Source: Balamuthia mandrillaris
Taxonomy: Eukaryota
DNA: 64,000 nucleotides
Reading direction: 5' to 3'
NCBI GenBank assembly: GCA_031835245.2
Contig: JAVKOQ020000045.1
Span: 124,001 to 188,000 of the forward strand
Part shown: in pieces, positions 1-11,813 of the stretch
Numbering within the stretch: position 1 is the stretch's first letter
Layout: every line of letters begins with the position of its first letter
Notes under the pieces: generated by a model
What the model was told of the DNA's origin: nothing
Databases searched by the model: none
The model's input: only the letters and a program-made list of their open reading frames with translations
Program-made: the position numbers and the translations under genes

Positions 1-509
1 TCAGCCACAAACTCCAGTACACCGCAGTGCGTGCGTTGCCCATGGGCACCCGTCAGCTGGAAAAGCATGGGATAGTCGATGCTTAGGCGAGCTTCACATA
101 GTATGAAAAACAGTTAGAAAAAAAAAAACGTTAGTAGAACGCTGTTTTTTTTGTAGCACATACCAAGTGTGTCCAAAGCGGTCGGAGGCAGGATGACTAC
201 AAAAAAAACAGCAGGGAACGAGGGCTGGTTAGGTTTTAACGTGGTGTAAAAGTGGGAGAAAGGAAGAAGTGGTTTTACTTTTGCCGCCGTTTTCAAGATG
301 CTCTTTGCCCACATAAGCCACAGAATGGGCTCTGTACTGCCGTTCAAAGGTGCCTTGCGGGGGCCTCATCAAAAGATTGGTAAGGTCGATCAAGCTCTGT
401 CAACCAACAAAAAAAGAAAAATTGTTAGTCACATGAGGAGTGGGTACTCTCCCTCCCACCGGATGCCGGCCTAACAAACAAACACGAACAGAGGAAAACA
501 ACCCACCAT
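1..509 (-). CDS. UFD1: Ubiquitin fusion degradation protein 1, 5' part (runs off the window); spliced
   Basis: Manually joined minus-strand exons read GTFERQYRAHSVAYVGKEHLENGGK / IILPPTALDTL / ARLSIDYPMLFQLTGAHGQRTHCGVLE, the canonical UFD1 N-terminus. The ATG at 509 is followed directly by a GT donor, so the start exon is tentative. Confidence 0.9.
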
Positions 510-770
510 TTTGATCCCAAGAAGTAGCAGAAGAAGAAGAAGAAGCAAGATTTGTTATCGAGGAGGACGCTTGCCAAAGCAGCACAGCAGCTGTTGGGGG
601 GTTTCTTTTGTGTTGTGTTTTGGCGGTGACTTTTCTCGAGACGACCTGGGCGGAAAAATTCACCGTTGTGACATCAGACATCGACGTGGCAGCAAACCAT
701 TGGGTCAGAGCACAACGCGGAAGTAGAGAGACGAGAGAGAGACGAGAGAGGAGAGAGACGAGGGAGGGAG

Positions 771-815
<45 letters not shown>

Positions 816-910
816 AACAGGCATCAAAAGAAGCGTTTCCGCTCGTTCTTCAACACCGAAAATAAATAGTAATAAGGGAATAGATACATAGTTTGGAAGA
901 AGGTTGCTGT

Positions 911-1583
911 TCAGTCGTCGCTGCTGGTATTGTACTGCACGTGTGTTGGAAAGGTGTTGTAGGTGGAAGTATAACCGGCATGATACGTGATGATCCTTGG
1001 GAAATGACCGGGAGGCACCTCGCCTCCTCCTCCTCCCACAAAAGGTGCAGCACTATACTGTTGTTGCTGTTGCGGCACCACTTGACTATTAACATTTCCC
1101 TTCTTTTGTTGTTGCTTGCGTGCCACGAAATCCGCGTCACTATCATCCGTCGCCGTTCCATCTCCAGATTCGCCTCCAACGCCGCCACCAATGCCTCCGA
1201 TCATACCACCAGCTCCTCCGATAGTGCCCTCGCGTCGATGCGTGAGGATCAAAGTCATAAGGATGAGCACCAACGGCACGATCTCCAGCACCACAAAGTA
1301 GAGCAGGGTGATCCACCATACCACTGCAAAGGTGCGAGGCATGATTACGGCGTTCAGCTCTACGACGGCGCGCAGGGTGAAGCCAATGGTACAAATGGCA
1401 GAGATGAGGGAGACCTTCTTGAGGAGGTTGCGTTTAACGCGGGACATTAGCCGCCAGGACTCTCCCTTTTGGATAAGGCGGGAGGAGAGCACAATGCCGG
1501 AGATCAGGAAGCCGATGCCCGTGCCGCCACCCACTGCTACTTGCACCAACCAAATGGACTTTTTGGGAAAATCATTTTTGATG

Positions 1584-1625
<42 letters not shown>

Positions 1626-2637
1626 CGAAATGAGCATGAATGACAGATAGGAGAAGAACTAAGATATGGAAGCATTTACCTTTTCAACCTTGGTTTGAAG
1701 AAGAGCCACGTCTGTGTGGATCATGCTGTAGACGGTCATGTCTACTATGTACAAGACAACCTGAAACCACACTGTTGGTATAAGTAACGGTAGCATAACT
1801 TCCTCCTCCTCCTCCTCTCTCTCTCTCTCTCTCTCACTCTTCTCTGCTTTTCTCATCTCGAGCCTCTTATTTAAGTGGTCATAGATCGAGCTTCTTTCCT
1901 TCGTTCTCGTTCGTCTCCATTTTCACGCTCTCCTCTTTCTCCTTTCTTTCGCTTCTCTTCGTTTGTACATACCGCAATCGTAAACAATACAGCAACAATG
2001 AAGAGATAAAGTGTCCGAAAGAGCTTAAGCTGGACGCCCTTCTTGGGAGGCATAGGTGGAGAGATAAGAGAAGTGTAGCCGCGATCTTTTTGAATGATTG
2101 TCGTGTAGATCAACTCGACCCTTGTTTGTTTAAAACAAAACGAATCAGTCAAACGACAACGAAAGAGAAAGAAAGAAAGAGAGCAGAAGAGAGGAGCGAG
2201 CTGAGAGAGAAGAGAGAGAGAGAGAGAGGGAGAGGAGAGCAAGAGTTGCGATGTTGTTAAAGGGTACCAAAAGAAAAGGAGAAGAATGTAGGTAGAGAAA
2301 AAAAAGAAACTGGGAAGACTGTTCAACATGATGTTCACTTGGTTGGGACAGGTCATTTTGCCTTCTCTAATAAAAGGCTGCAGAGCAAAAAACAACCCAC
2401 GTACTGCAAGAAAAAAAAAATAAGAAAAAGATGAGATCAGCAAGGCTAAATATAACTTTTCGGAGGATCCCCGCTGCCGAAAGGTTTGCCAAAGGCGTAC
2501 TAAACGAGCCCAAGAAAAGCATGACGTGAAAGATCTTTTGCCATCCCCAGGGAGAGCGAATGTTGCGCAGCAGTATGAACAGCGACACAAAGGCGAGGAT
2601 CAGGAAGAGAACGCTGAGTACCCCATCCCATGCCCAT
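911..2637 (-). CDS. THH1/TOM1/TOM3 (DUF1084, GPR137-like) multi-pass membrane protein; spliced
   Basis: Exons WQKIFHVMLFLG, VRGLFFALQPF...NSLPSFFFFSTYILLLFFW and KKVSLISAICTIGFTLRA...LYFVVLEIVPLVLIL match this family. The start is uncertain (see findings). Confidence 0.75.
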
Positions 2638-2715
2638 CGTCCGCAAATCGCAACACCAAATCTTTTTTTTTTGTTTTATTTTTTCTTCCGAATTTTCGCT
2701 TTTTGCATTAGCATT

Positions 2716-2749
2716 CGTGACGACATGTAGTATTATTCATGTCGTCACG
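2716..2749. promoter_or_regulatory. Perfect 12-bp inverted repeat CGTGACGACATG...CATGTCGTCACG upstream of the TOM1-like gene
   Basis: Arms at 2716-2727 and 2738-2749 with a 10-bp spacer, seen directly. A regulatory role is inferred from position. Confidence 0.4.
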
Positions 2750-2857
2750 TAAGCTTGATCTAGAGCGTAAGTTCGACTCCCATCAGATACAAAAAACCTG
2801 TTCTGTGCAGATTTTCATTGCAACGAAATAACCAAAAAGCAAAAAGGGTTTGTGCGC

Positions 2858-3556
2858 TCACGTCAAATCGCTCTCCCCATCTTCAGCTGGTTCCTCGTCG
2901 TTCTCATCCTCCATGGATACTGCCTTCTTGATCTTAACCAAGAGGGAAGTATACCAACTATCAAAAGTGGACAAGCGGTCGTACTCTGCGACGGCAGTGG
3001 TGAAAGCCTCCACGTCATAGTTTTCATAGGCGTTTGTTATGTCCTGTTGCAGAGATAGCGATTAGGTCCCCTCGGCACTGGAAAGATAAAGCAAAAGGAA
3101 GATATGTACGTCAAGCAACTTGAATTCGCGTTCGCCTGCAAAGGAGAGATAGGTGTCCTTATAGTGGTTTAATGCTTTGCGAGCAGCAACAAGATCCTAT
3201 AGCAATATAACAAGTTATCTTAGAAATGCAGAAGAAGCCTAAGGAAGTGATGGCGCAGGGACGTACTCCTTGTGCCAGGCGACAAATTCCTGCTTTAAGC
3301 AGGTATTCTTTAATGTTCCACTTGCTGAGCCCATCTTGTGACTGAGAGGCGAGGTCCTCAAATATTTGGATCGCCTTCTCGTATTGGCCCAGCTCAGCAG
3401 AAAAGATAGCTACCTTTAGCAAACAGCCCCTAGCATTACTATTGCATGCAAGTTATTTCAATGTTCATATGGATGTTAAAAACAAATTTAAGAAGAGAAG
3501 TGGATAGAAAGAGCAACGAGAGGAGAGGAACACTATGAAGACTTCAATGAATGTAG

Positions 3557-3601
<45 letters not shown>

Positions 3602-4312
3602 AGGGAGAGTTAAAGAACGTTACACATGAGAGCCTTCTCCTTCAAAGTAATCGGCAGCAGTTTGATAGTTTTGCAGGGCAGCCTCCTTCTCCAATTCTTC
3701 CTCGTACATTTCGGCGATTTCTTTCTGATGCTTGGCCGCTATGGAGAAACGGCCGTCCTCCACGAAGATGGCTATCGCACGTTCCAAATACTTGATAGAA
3801 GCTGATAGAAGCATAAAATACATGATTTGAAAAAACGGACGTTGTAACGTTGAGAACAAAACATAATATAAACCTGTCTTGTCGTGCTTTTTACAACTGG
3901 TAGCAGCGTTGATGTACGCAGCGGTGGCTTCATGAGAGGAACCAGCCTCCAGATGGGTCTCAGCCGAACGAAGATACGCTTTGGTTGCAGCCTCCCCTAC
4001 ACATTGTTTTTTTTTTTATTTTTGTTAGCAATTGAGTGGCTGGTTTTTTTTCAACAACAAAAAAATGGGGAACAAAAAAAAAAAGCAATAGGTACAGTTC
4101 TTGGAGAGTTTGAACAGATTGCCAGCTTTGCTAAAGGTCTCAGCGGCCTCCTCTTTCCTCAAGGTGGCGCTCCCGCCAAAGAGGTTGGCCCACCAGCTGC
4201 CTTTGCTGGCCTTTTCGGCCTGTTCCATCAGCTCATTGCCCCTCTTGAACTGGGCAGAGGAGGAACCTCCTGCTTGCTCCCCCTCTCCTCCTTTGTTCGT
4301 CGGTGCTTCCAT
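2858..4312 (-). CDS. NAPA: Alpha-soluble NSF attachment protein (alpha-SNAP/Sec17); spliced
   Basis: Motifs KEEAAETFSKAGNLFKL, GRFSIAAKHQKEIAEMYE, YQTAADYFEGE, YEKAIQIFE and KEYLLKAGICRL, with C-terminal ...DGESDLT*. Confidence 0.95.
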
Positions 4313-4386
4313 CTGAGATTGTTGTTCTAGTTGCTTGTTGCTTGTTCTTGTTCTTGTCCTTTTTTTCGTTGTCGTTTGTTACTTAT

Positions 4387-4765
4387 TCAAAATATTTTTA
4401 AAAAAAGGAAAAAATGACGTGGCCTATGGCAACTTCGCTTCAGAAGCGGCAGAAATTTCTCTGAAGTACACCTGCCTTGCTGACGTGGCTTTACATTAAG
4501 GGGACCTTCCTTCCGTTTTATCCCATAATATAATGACGAGTACAAAAAAAAATCGAGTTGCTCAGTTTCTGCACAATCCCAGCTCCCTTTGTTTTGCTGT
4601 GGGGTACGGACGGGAGCGTTGCTGCTCCGGTCCGTGATGTACGCTGCTAACCGCTTCTTCTGGCCCTCAACCGTGTTGTCCCCGTTGTAACTTTTTTTCA
4701 GGCCATAGAGAGCGATTTGCACCGCAAGAGCTCTTCCTTTCAGCTTGTTCACCTCCTCAATGGTT
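4387..4765 (-). pseudogene. Orphan 3' gene fragment with a SAP/Mug135-C-like helical motif
   Basis: Reads TIEEVNKLKGRALAVQIALYGLKKSYNGDNTVEGQKKRLAAYI. There is no native start; the 5' side abuts the retrotransposon relic. Confidence 0.35.
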
Positions 4766-4920
4766 GTACGTCAACAGCTTCTACAAGGTAGGTGATGTTG
4801 GAGGTTTGAAGCTCAAGGCTGTCGAGCCGTTTGGAGAGGTATTGGGGGTCTTTCTGCTCTGCTCGCTGGAGAGCGTGATCCAGTTCAACATCACCTACCT
4901 TGTAGAAGCTGTTGACGTAC
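4766..4920. repeat. Perfect 35-bp inverted repeat with an 85-bp spacer at the left end of the gypsy relic
   Basis: 4766-4800 GTACGTCAACAGCTTCTACAAGGTAGGTGATGTTG is the exact reverse complement of 4886-4920. Confidence 0.95.
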
Positions 4921-6665
4921 TAATCTCTACGCACACAAGGCTCCCTCTAGCACCAGCTGCCCTCTTCATCCTACATCCGGACACTCAGCAGCCGAATGTA
5001 AACGGATAAAGCTGATGAGAGACAGCGCCCAAAAGCTTAGCAAGGCCAGCACCGGCCAACGCCACAATGGCAACAACAACGGGTCCTCTTCATCTTCTTC
5101 CTCATCTTCAGGACATTCTCCCTCCTCCAACAAGCACACCTGCCGCAAGTGCTCAGCGCCCTGGCATCCTGGTCATCAGCGTAAGCCCCGCCAGCCTGCA
5201 GCACTCAACTCCAGCCAAGTGCAGACTTCACCGTCTCAGCAACCGGCTTCGGCATCATCGCCACCTTCGTCACCATCTCCTTCACCGGCTTCGCCTCCCC
5301 CTGGCACCAACCAGCCGTCTACAAACGCACTGGACGCTACCGCAAGGAGTTCATGGAAGCTGTCCGCCATGCTTGGGAAATTCAAGGCAACGTAGAGCTT
5401 GCTGCCCTCGACCTTAACTCCCTCCTTCATTCTGGCAACGCTTCTGACTCTGCTACGGACGCTCCCAGCCTTGCCGCCACCCTGAAGCTATCCATGCGGA
5501 AGGTCTCCACACAGATGACGACGACGACGTAGAAGACGACTGTGAGGACAAAGTGGAACCTCCCATCACGGCTCCCGTCCTCCTTAACCGTCAGCGCGCC
5601 ACAGCCTTCATAGACTCTGGTGCATCTCACTCCTTCATTTCTCCAGCAGCGGCGGAAAAATACCTCCACCCAGCATCCTGTGAACGCCATCACACCGTCA
5701 TCTCCCACATCGACGACATGGAGATCACGTTAGGCGACAGGTCCACCACTCGCGTTACCCGCCGTGCGGCACACGTCCGCATCGACTGTGGCTCCCGTAA
5801 GCTACATCACCACTTCTTCATCATGCCGCTTCAAGGTGAGCATGAGATCCTATTCGGAAGAGACATTTTGCGACGCATTAGCGTTGGTCTTTTCGGCCTT
5901 CCTGTGCGTTATCCTCTCCCTAGCGAACGAGAAGAGTTCAAGGAAGACGACTCCAACATGTCTGACAAAGATCAGTGTGTTGAGCTTCCTCCTCCTCCCG
6001 ACACTGCTCGAAAAATTGCTGAAGGCATCTGCGACGTGCTCCAACGCAACCAGCAAGTGCCTCATGGCCCCAGCAGTACTCTTCCAGAGAGTGTTATCTA
6101 CCTCAACACCGGCGATGCCAAACCTGTTTTTCGTAAGCAGTACACCATTCCTCAGGTGTATCACAACCCGGTTTTCAGGCAACTCACCGAGTGGCTCCGA
6201 CACGGCGTCATCGCGCTATCCTCACTCGACTGCCAGTGGACTTCTCCCATCCTTCCAGTCCCCAAAAAGGACGAACACGGAAAATGGTCGAAAGTCAGGA
6301 TCTGTATTGACCCTGGCGGCATTAATCCTCGCCGATGACGAGTACCCGCTCGAGGACACCAAGGTTCTCATCGAACGAGCTCTAGGCCTCAAATGGGCTA
6401 CCCTCTTGGACCTCGTCTGGTCCTACAACCAAATCCTGGTTTATCCACCACACCAGGAAAAACTTACCTTCACATGGTATGGCGTACGACTCAAGTTCGT
6501 GGGCGCACCTTTCGGCGTCAAGCACGTTCAGGCTGTCATGTCCCGCTTCATCGCAGCCGCCCTCCGCCTCCTGATCGACATCTCTTCCCACTACGTGGAC
6601 GACATCTTGGTCTTCACCAGATCCTCTTCGCTGGAACAGCACATCAGTGACATCGTTAAGGACAA
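4766..6665 (+). mobile_element. Degenerate Ty3/gypsy LTR-retrotransposon relic (gag-protease-partial RT)
   Basis: Gag knuckle CRKCSAPWHPGHQR (last Cys lost), aspartic protease AFIDSGASHSFIS, RT motifs WTSPILPVPKKD, VRICID, LDLVWSYNQI, APFGVK and YVDDILVF. It has stops and frameshifts, is truncated just after YVDD, and no RNase H, integrase or LTRs are seen. Confidence 0.92.
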
Positions 6666-6669
6666 AAAA

Positions 6670-7261
6670 CACAACACATAGAGTCAGAGGGAAGGGTAGG
6701 AACCTACCGACATTAGTCACAAGCCGAAGTGGACTGCCTGTGGCAGGTGTTGGATCTTACCAGTGAAAGAGACAAGCGGTGAGAAAAGGACAAGGTAGTG
6801 GAAAGGTTTGGTGAAGGGAACGGAACAAGAGGAGGGAACGCTCACCTTTGCTTTTTCTGGTAGTAGGCTGGGGGGGCTCACATGGAGATTTGAAAAGGGA
6901 GCCTCTAGACCAGAGCTAGTGGACGCGGCAGTACCACGATCGGTCTCTTTTGCATGTTTGTTTGTTTGTTTTTTTTGGTTTGGTTGGTGTTTTAGTTCTA
7001 CTGCACCACCATAATGACCAACAAAACCATACCATAATGTTCTTGCAGCCTTTCAGTGAGGGCGTTGAGAAGAGCATGCAACTTTATTCGTCGCTGCATT
7101 AAGGAGGATAGTAAGCCCGTAGCCTCGCTGCGCAAATGCTCGTCCGACTCCGCCCGTATTTCAGTCTTTACCTCCTGTATTTCCGTCTTCACCTCCTGGA
7201 TTTCCCTCTTCACCTCCTGGATTTTTTGCTCCACTTCCGTCTTTATGGCCTGGCTATCCAT
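6670..7261 (-). pseudogene. 5' exons of a coiled-coil multigene-family member, cut off at the gypsy relic (paralogue of 43972-44460)
   Basis: MDSQAIKTEVEQKIQEVKREIQEVKTEIQEVKTEIRAESDEHLRSEATGLLSSLMQRRIKLHALLNALTERLQEH, followed by GT-AG introns and two short exons. The next intron runs into the RT sequence. Confidence 0.6.
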
Positions 7262-7777
7262 GCGCGTGGCCTCTGTCCTGCTCTCCACCGGCCCCTGCAT
7301 CGCGTTCGTCCTCTTGTTCGTCCTCTCACCCCCAAAGGAACCGCCACGACCCTACAGACCTGACGACGGCTCTTCGTGCCGCATCCTGCACTGGATCACA
7401 GACCTTGCTGAGACTGTTGTTGCGTTATCAGGTCGCGGAGAACTCGCGGAAGAAACCTACGTTGGCGGAGGCGATGGACTGGATCGAGCAAGGATTGCTA
7501 GGCGGTGGCTGTATCGAAAAGTACTGTGGGGAAAGAAATTTTCCCTGCTATCCTAAAGTAAAACATTTTTTATGGACAACCAAAACAAAAACGATGAACC
7601 AACAGGAGTATCAACGCCTTTATCAACGCGCAAAAAACGAGCAAGGGAGGAGAAGGAACAAGAGGAACAGCAGCGCCTTCCACCCAAGACCAACTACAGA
7701 GTCGTCGCTGAGCGGTCGTTTTTCTGAAATTAATCTAGTGTTCTTACAATGGGTGCGGTAACGTTACGGGATTGATT

Positions 7778-10700
7778 TCAAGAAGGATGGGGAAGATGAA
7801 TGAGCTCGTCAGTGATCCAGTAGTAGAGGAAAGAAGCTGTCTTCTTGATACGTCCATGATTTACGGCATCGTAGTCGCTGTAAAAGTCTTTCACGGATGA
7901 AAAGCCCAATTTGGAGAGCACGAAGAGGATCGATTTGAATCGTTCTTGCTCTGCCATCTTCGCAAACGTTTTCGTATCCCCTCTTGCTTCAATCATCAGA
8001 GAGCGCAGACGATCGTCCACGTGGGCACAAAAGGCATCAAACCGAGCTTTTAGGGCTAAATAGCAGTCTTTGTATTCGGCAAAGTTGCGAAGAAAGTACT
8101 CGTCTCGTTCTTCATGTTCTACTTTTTCGTTATGTTTGCTCCGTTGCAAATGGAGAAGTAGAAGTGCAAGCAGGCATTGCTCCTTCTCTCTCAACAGGTC
8201 TGCTGTAACTCCTGCATGATGTTGTTGTCCTTCTTCTTTGCTTTGTGTGGAAGAAGTAGAAGATGAAGAAGGAGAGGATGCTTGGGCAGCCTTTGCAACC
8301 TTAGCTTTGGTTCTTTCCCATTGCTCACGACGTTTGTCCTCTCGTTGTTCCCATGACAGCTGGTTGTCGTCTTCTTCTGTCTCTCCTCTGTCTAACTTGC
8401 GTAGCCTTTGTATACATTCATAATGAGGAGTGTGAAGTGACGTTCGTTTGAAACTCGTCATCCTGATTCCTTTTTTCGTGTTGTTTGGCTTCTCTTTCTC
8501 TTCCGTATCCTCATCGTCCTCTTCACAGATAATATAACCTTTAACTTCACCTGTTCGATGATAGGTTCGTGCTCGTCGTATCAATTCTTCAAATGGTTGT
8601 TGCTCTGTTGAAGTTGCTTTAGAGAGAGATGCAGAAGGAGGCTGAAGAAGGTTATTATACTCCACCGGCGCAACTACCTCCCATCCGCATCGCTCCAACA
8701 CTTGCCGTAAAGGAGATATTGCAACTGAAACCTCTCGAAAAATACAAGAAGAAGAAGAAGAAGAAGAAGAAGACAGCTTCCGAATGGCGACGAGTACCAA
8801 GCGATCTTTCTCGTGGTGTACAATGTTCCGCAAGTATAAGTCAGTGCTCATCATCTGGAAGATGTAGCAATGGTCTGTTGGCACTTCGGAAAGCGTCATT
8901 CCTTGTCGGTGAAAGATGTCCCAAAAGCTGCGACGGAGCTCATCCTCTATGCGTTGCAGCTCCTCGCTTGAAGTGAGACGTGCTGCCATTTCTTTACGAA
9001 GTTCCACAACAACTTCCCAACGTGGTTCTTCTGTTCTTGAAGGAAGATAGCAAAGAGAGGCGTGAAGACCATCAAATAGCGGATATATACGAGTCTTGTC
9101 AGTCCAAAGCGGCGGACAGGCGAACGGGGCAAGTTTGGTGTTTACCACAAGTTTTTTCCATCGCTTCGCTTCTAGAAGGTCTTTTTGTGGCTGGAACGGA
9201 AACCACTTGCGAAACAGCGGAAAGGAGAAACACAATAGAGATTTCTCTGTGTTTTGTGCATGTTCTCCTGTTGCTATTTCCTGTTCTTTTTCCTTGTCGT
9301 TTTCTTCATCCTTTGTATTGGTTATTTGCGCTGGCGATAAGGCGATAACGAGCTTGTGATAGCACTCGAAGGACATTCTATCTTCCGGGAAGAAGAACGG
9401 AGCGCGTTGTCGCCATTCATTTTGGAGCACAAGCACTGCTTGCAAGTCCTTTTTCCCATCTTCCAATACCTTTTCTTCGCTTTTGTTTTTTTCTGACGTA
9501 CAAGAAGAAGAAGAAGAAGAAGAAGAAGAAGAAGAAGAAGAAGAAGAAGAAGAAGAAAGCAAACGTGCTCCAATGCCACAGTCACGAAAGAGAGCAGCTG
9601 TACCTCTACTTCTCACATAGTCCACACAACACAATGGCACGTCACTCTCGTTCTCGTTGTCAGAACGAGCTCGAAGCCAATTTTCTTCGAAAATGCGATA
9701 GGCGTTCACGATCTCAAAGAAACTCTCCATCTTTTCGTTGTAGATAGGTGTTAGCCAATCCTCCAAGTCTTGCCAGCTCAAGATGTCCTTACGAGTGAGG
9801 ATTTGTTGACAAAGCTCCTTCAGCTCGAAACGATCGTAGACCTTGCCCATGCGAGCAATCTGTATCGAAAAGGCTAAATGGGACATCACATAGCACAACC
9901 GTTTCTTAGCTTTTCGTATCTTTGAGAAGTATCATGAATCTTTCGTTAGAAACGATGGATAGTATAGGCGAGAGAGAGAGAGAGAGAGAGAACAAACGCG
10001 TCCATGATTCCAAAACTGTTTAGCATAGGCAAAATTCTTGCGAAGGTTATGGGGTACAGCCTCTTTCCACTAGTATTCTAAATTATGAGTCGCCAAACAA
10101 GAACTGGAAAGAGATAGAGAACATAGAACAAAGCATAAAAGAGAGAGGGATAACCTTGTGAAGGCTAAACTCGGTATGAAACTCGTGTCGTTGCAGCCAG
10201 ATGCCGTCATTCTCGAAAGTATTGGAGAAGAAAACATGGCACCAAGGAATGTGCTGGTCTAGTTTATCTTGCCACACGTTCTTCTCGTAGACAGCAAGGT
10301 CCAATCCTTCGCTTTGTACCACATTCTCTTCCGTAGGCTGATCCCACCCCTCCACTGTAATGCCAATCAATAACAAAGAACGATAGTAAGAAAAGAGACA
10401 GAGACAGAGAGAGACAGAGACAGAGACAGAGACAGAGAGACAGAGACAGAGACAGAGACAGAGACAGAGACAGAGACAGAGACAGAGACAGAGACAGAGA
10501 CAGAGACAGAGAGACAGAGAGACAGAGAGACAGAGAGACAGAGACAGAGATGAGATACCAATGATACAAAAATCAGAGTCAGAGGCAGGGTTATCGAGGC
10601 CCCACCAACGGGAGCCCCATCGATAGATATTCAAGACGTTGTCCTCCGTAAGTCCTTCCTTCTCCAACAACGTCTCATAAATCCGCCTCAACAGCACTTT

Positions 10701-11219
10701 CTTCTCTCTCACCGAAATGTAGCCTGCTCTCCAACACTCCTCTTCCTCTCCTTCCTTTCTACCACATTCTTGAACAAGTCGTTTTCTTCTTTGTTCGCGA
10801 AAGTTGCCTTCCAGCTGGCTCAATCGCTCTTCCATCAGTTGCAAACGGACCAACTGGCTCTCTTGCTGCCGGATCAGGGCACGAAAGGTGTCCTCGTGCC
10901 GCTTCAACTCGCGACGCACCTTTCGTTTGTTCTTGGGCACCCATGTCGTGACCGACGTCAACAACCCCCCTCCCACCACCCCTTTTTGTTGTTGCTGTTG
11001 AAGGCGAGCCGCTTTCTTTTCCTCCTCCTCCTCCTTCTTGCGCTGTTGGCGGTGAAAGTGTCGGCGCTCTTTCTCGCGGTGGACCAAGTGAAGGCGCCCC
11101 GACAGGTGCTTGGCCTTTTCTTCGATGGTGGCAAAACGCAATTGGCAGGTATCGCAGCTGTAGTGTCCTCCTGCTGCTCTTCCTTCTGCCTCCTCCTCCT
11201 TTTCCTTCACCTCCTCCAT
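7778..11219 (-). CDS. C2H2 zinc finger + Pol-beta-type nucleotidyltransferase + degenerate T4 RNA ligase 1-like domain; spliced
   Basis: Zinc finger CDTC-x12-HLSGRLH. NTase NIYRWGSRWWG...SDSDFCII, later DLAVY and KAKKRLCYVMSHLAFSIQIARMGKVYD. Ligase-like segments WTDKTRIYPLFDG, CYIFQMM, RNIVHHEKDRLVLVAIR, VKGYII and FKRTSLHTPHY. Confidence 0.75.
10394..10549. repeat. (GAGACA)n hexanucleotide microsatellite within an intron
   Basis: Long near-perfect GAGACA array seen directly. Confidence 0.95.
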
Positions 11220-11813
11220 CTCTTCTCTCTTTGGTTTGATATTCAAAGAAGCACCAACCAGAAATCTTAAAACTACCGATCAGATCAAAGAAATCCCAAA
11301 ATACAAAGGAAAAACGCGTAACATAAATACTCCAAGTTTCCAACAAAAATGAAGTTCGCTTCCTTATTGCCTTTTCGTTGCACCCCTCACAACAAAAGGC
11401 CCAGACAGGAGCGCAAAGGGAAAACCAAGAAAGATGGAAAAACAGCAAGAAAAAAAAGGAGAACCTCACCTCCTCCCCTTTCTCAATGGATGGGTGAGTT
11501 GAAGTGAGGTTCTTTCTTTTTTTGCTTGCTTTTTTTTTTCCTTTCCGTTTCCTTTCACTCGTTGTTTATGTCTTCTTTGTTGGCTTTTTTTCTGCTTTTC
11601 TTATTTGAGAAGAAGGAAGAGCCAACGGAAGGCAGCAGCAATGGAAAGGGAGGGCGTCGTTCTTTTTTCGAACGTGACTCACCGCCCTTCAAGAGAGGAG
11701 AAAGGGAACCACAGCTTCCTCCGTTTGTTATTTAAAAAAATTATTTATAACAGAAAAATAAACGGAAAAAACCAATTGTTGAAAAAAGAAAACGTGAATT
11801 TACAGAAAAACAA

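Noticed and set aside
4300..7800. LTRs or a TSD for the gypsy relic
   Set aside because: No direct terminal repeats, PBS or PPT could be found by eye.
10394..10549. Regular repeat array considered as CRISPR-like
   Set aside because: It is a simple hexanucleotide microsatellite with no unique spacers; no CRISPR array or cas gene was seen in the window.
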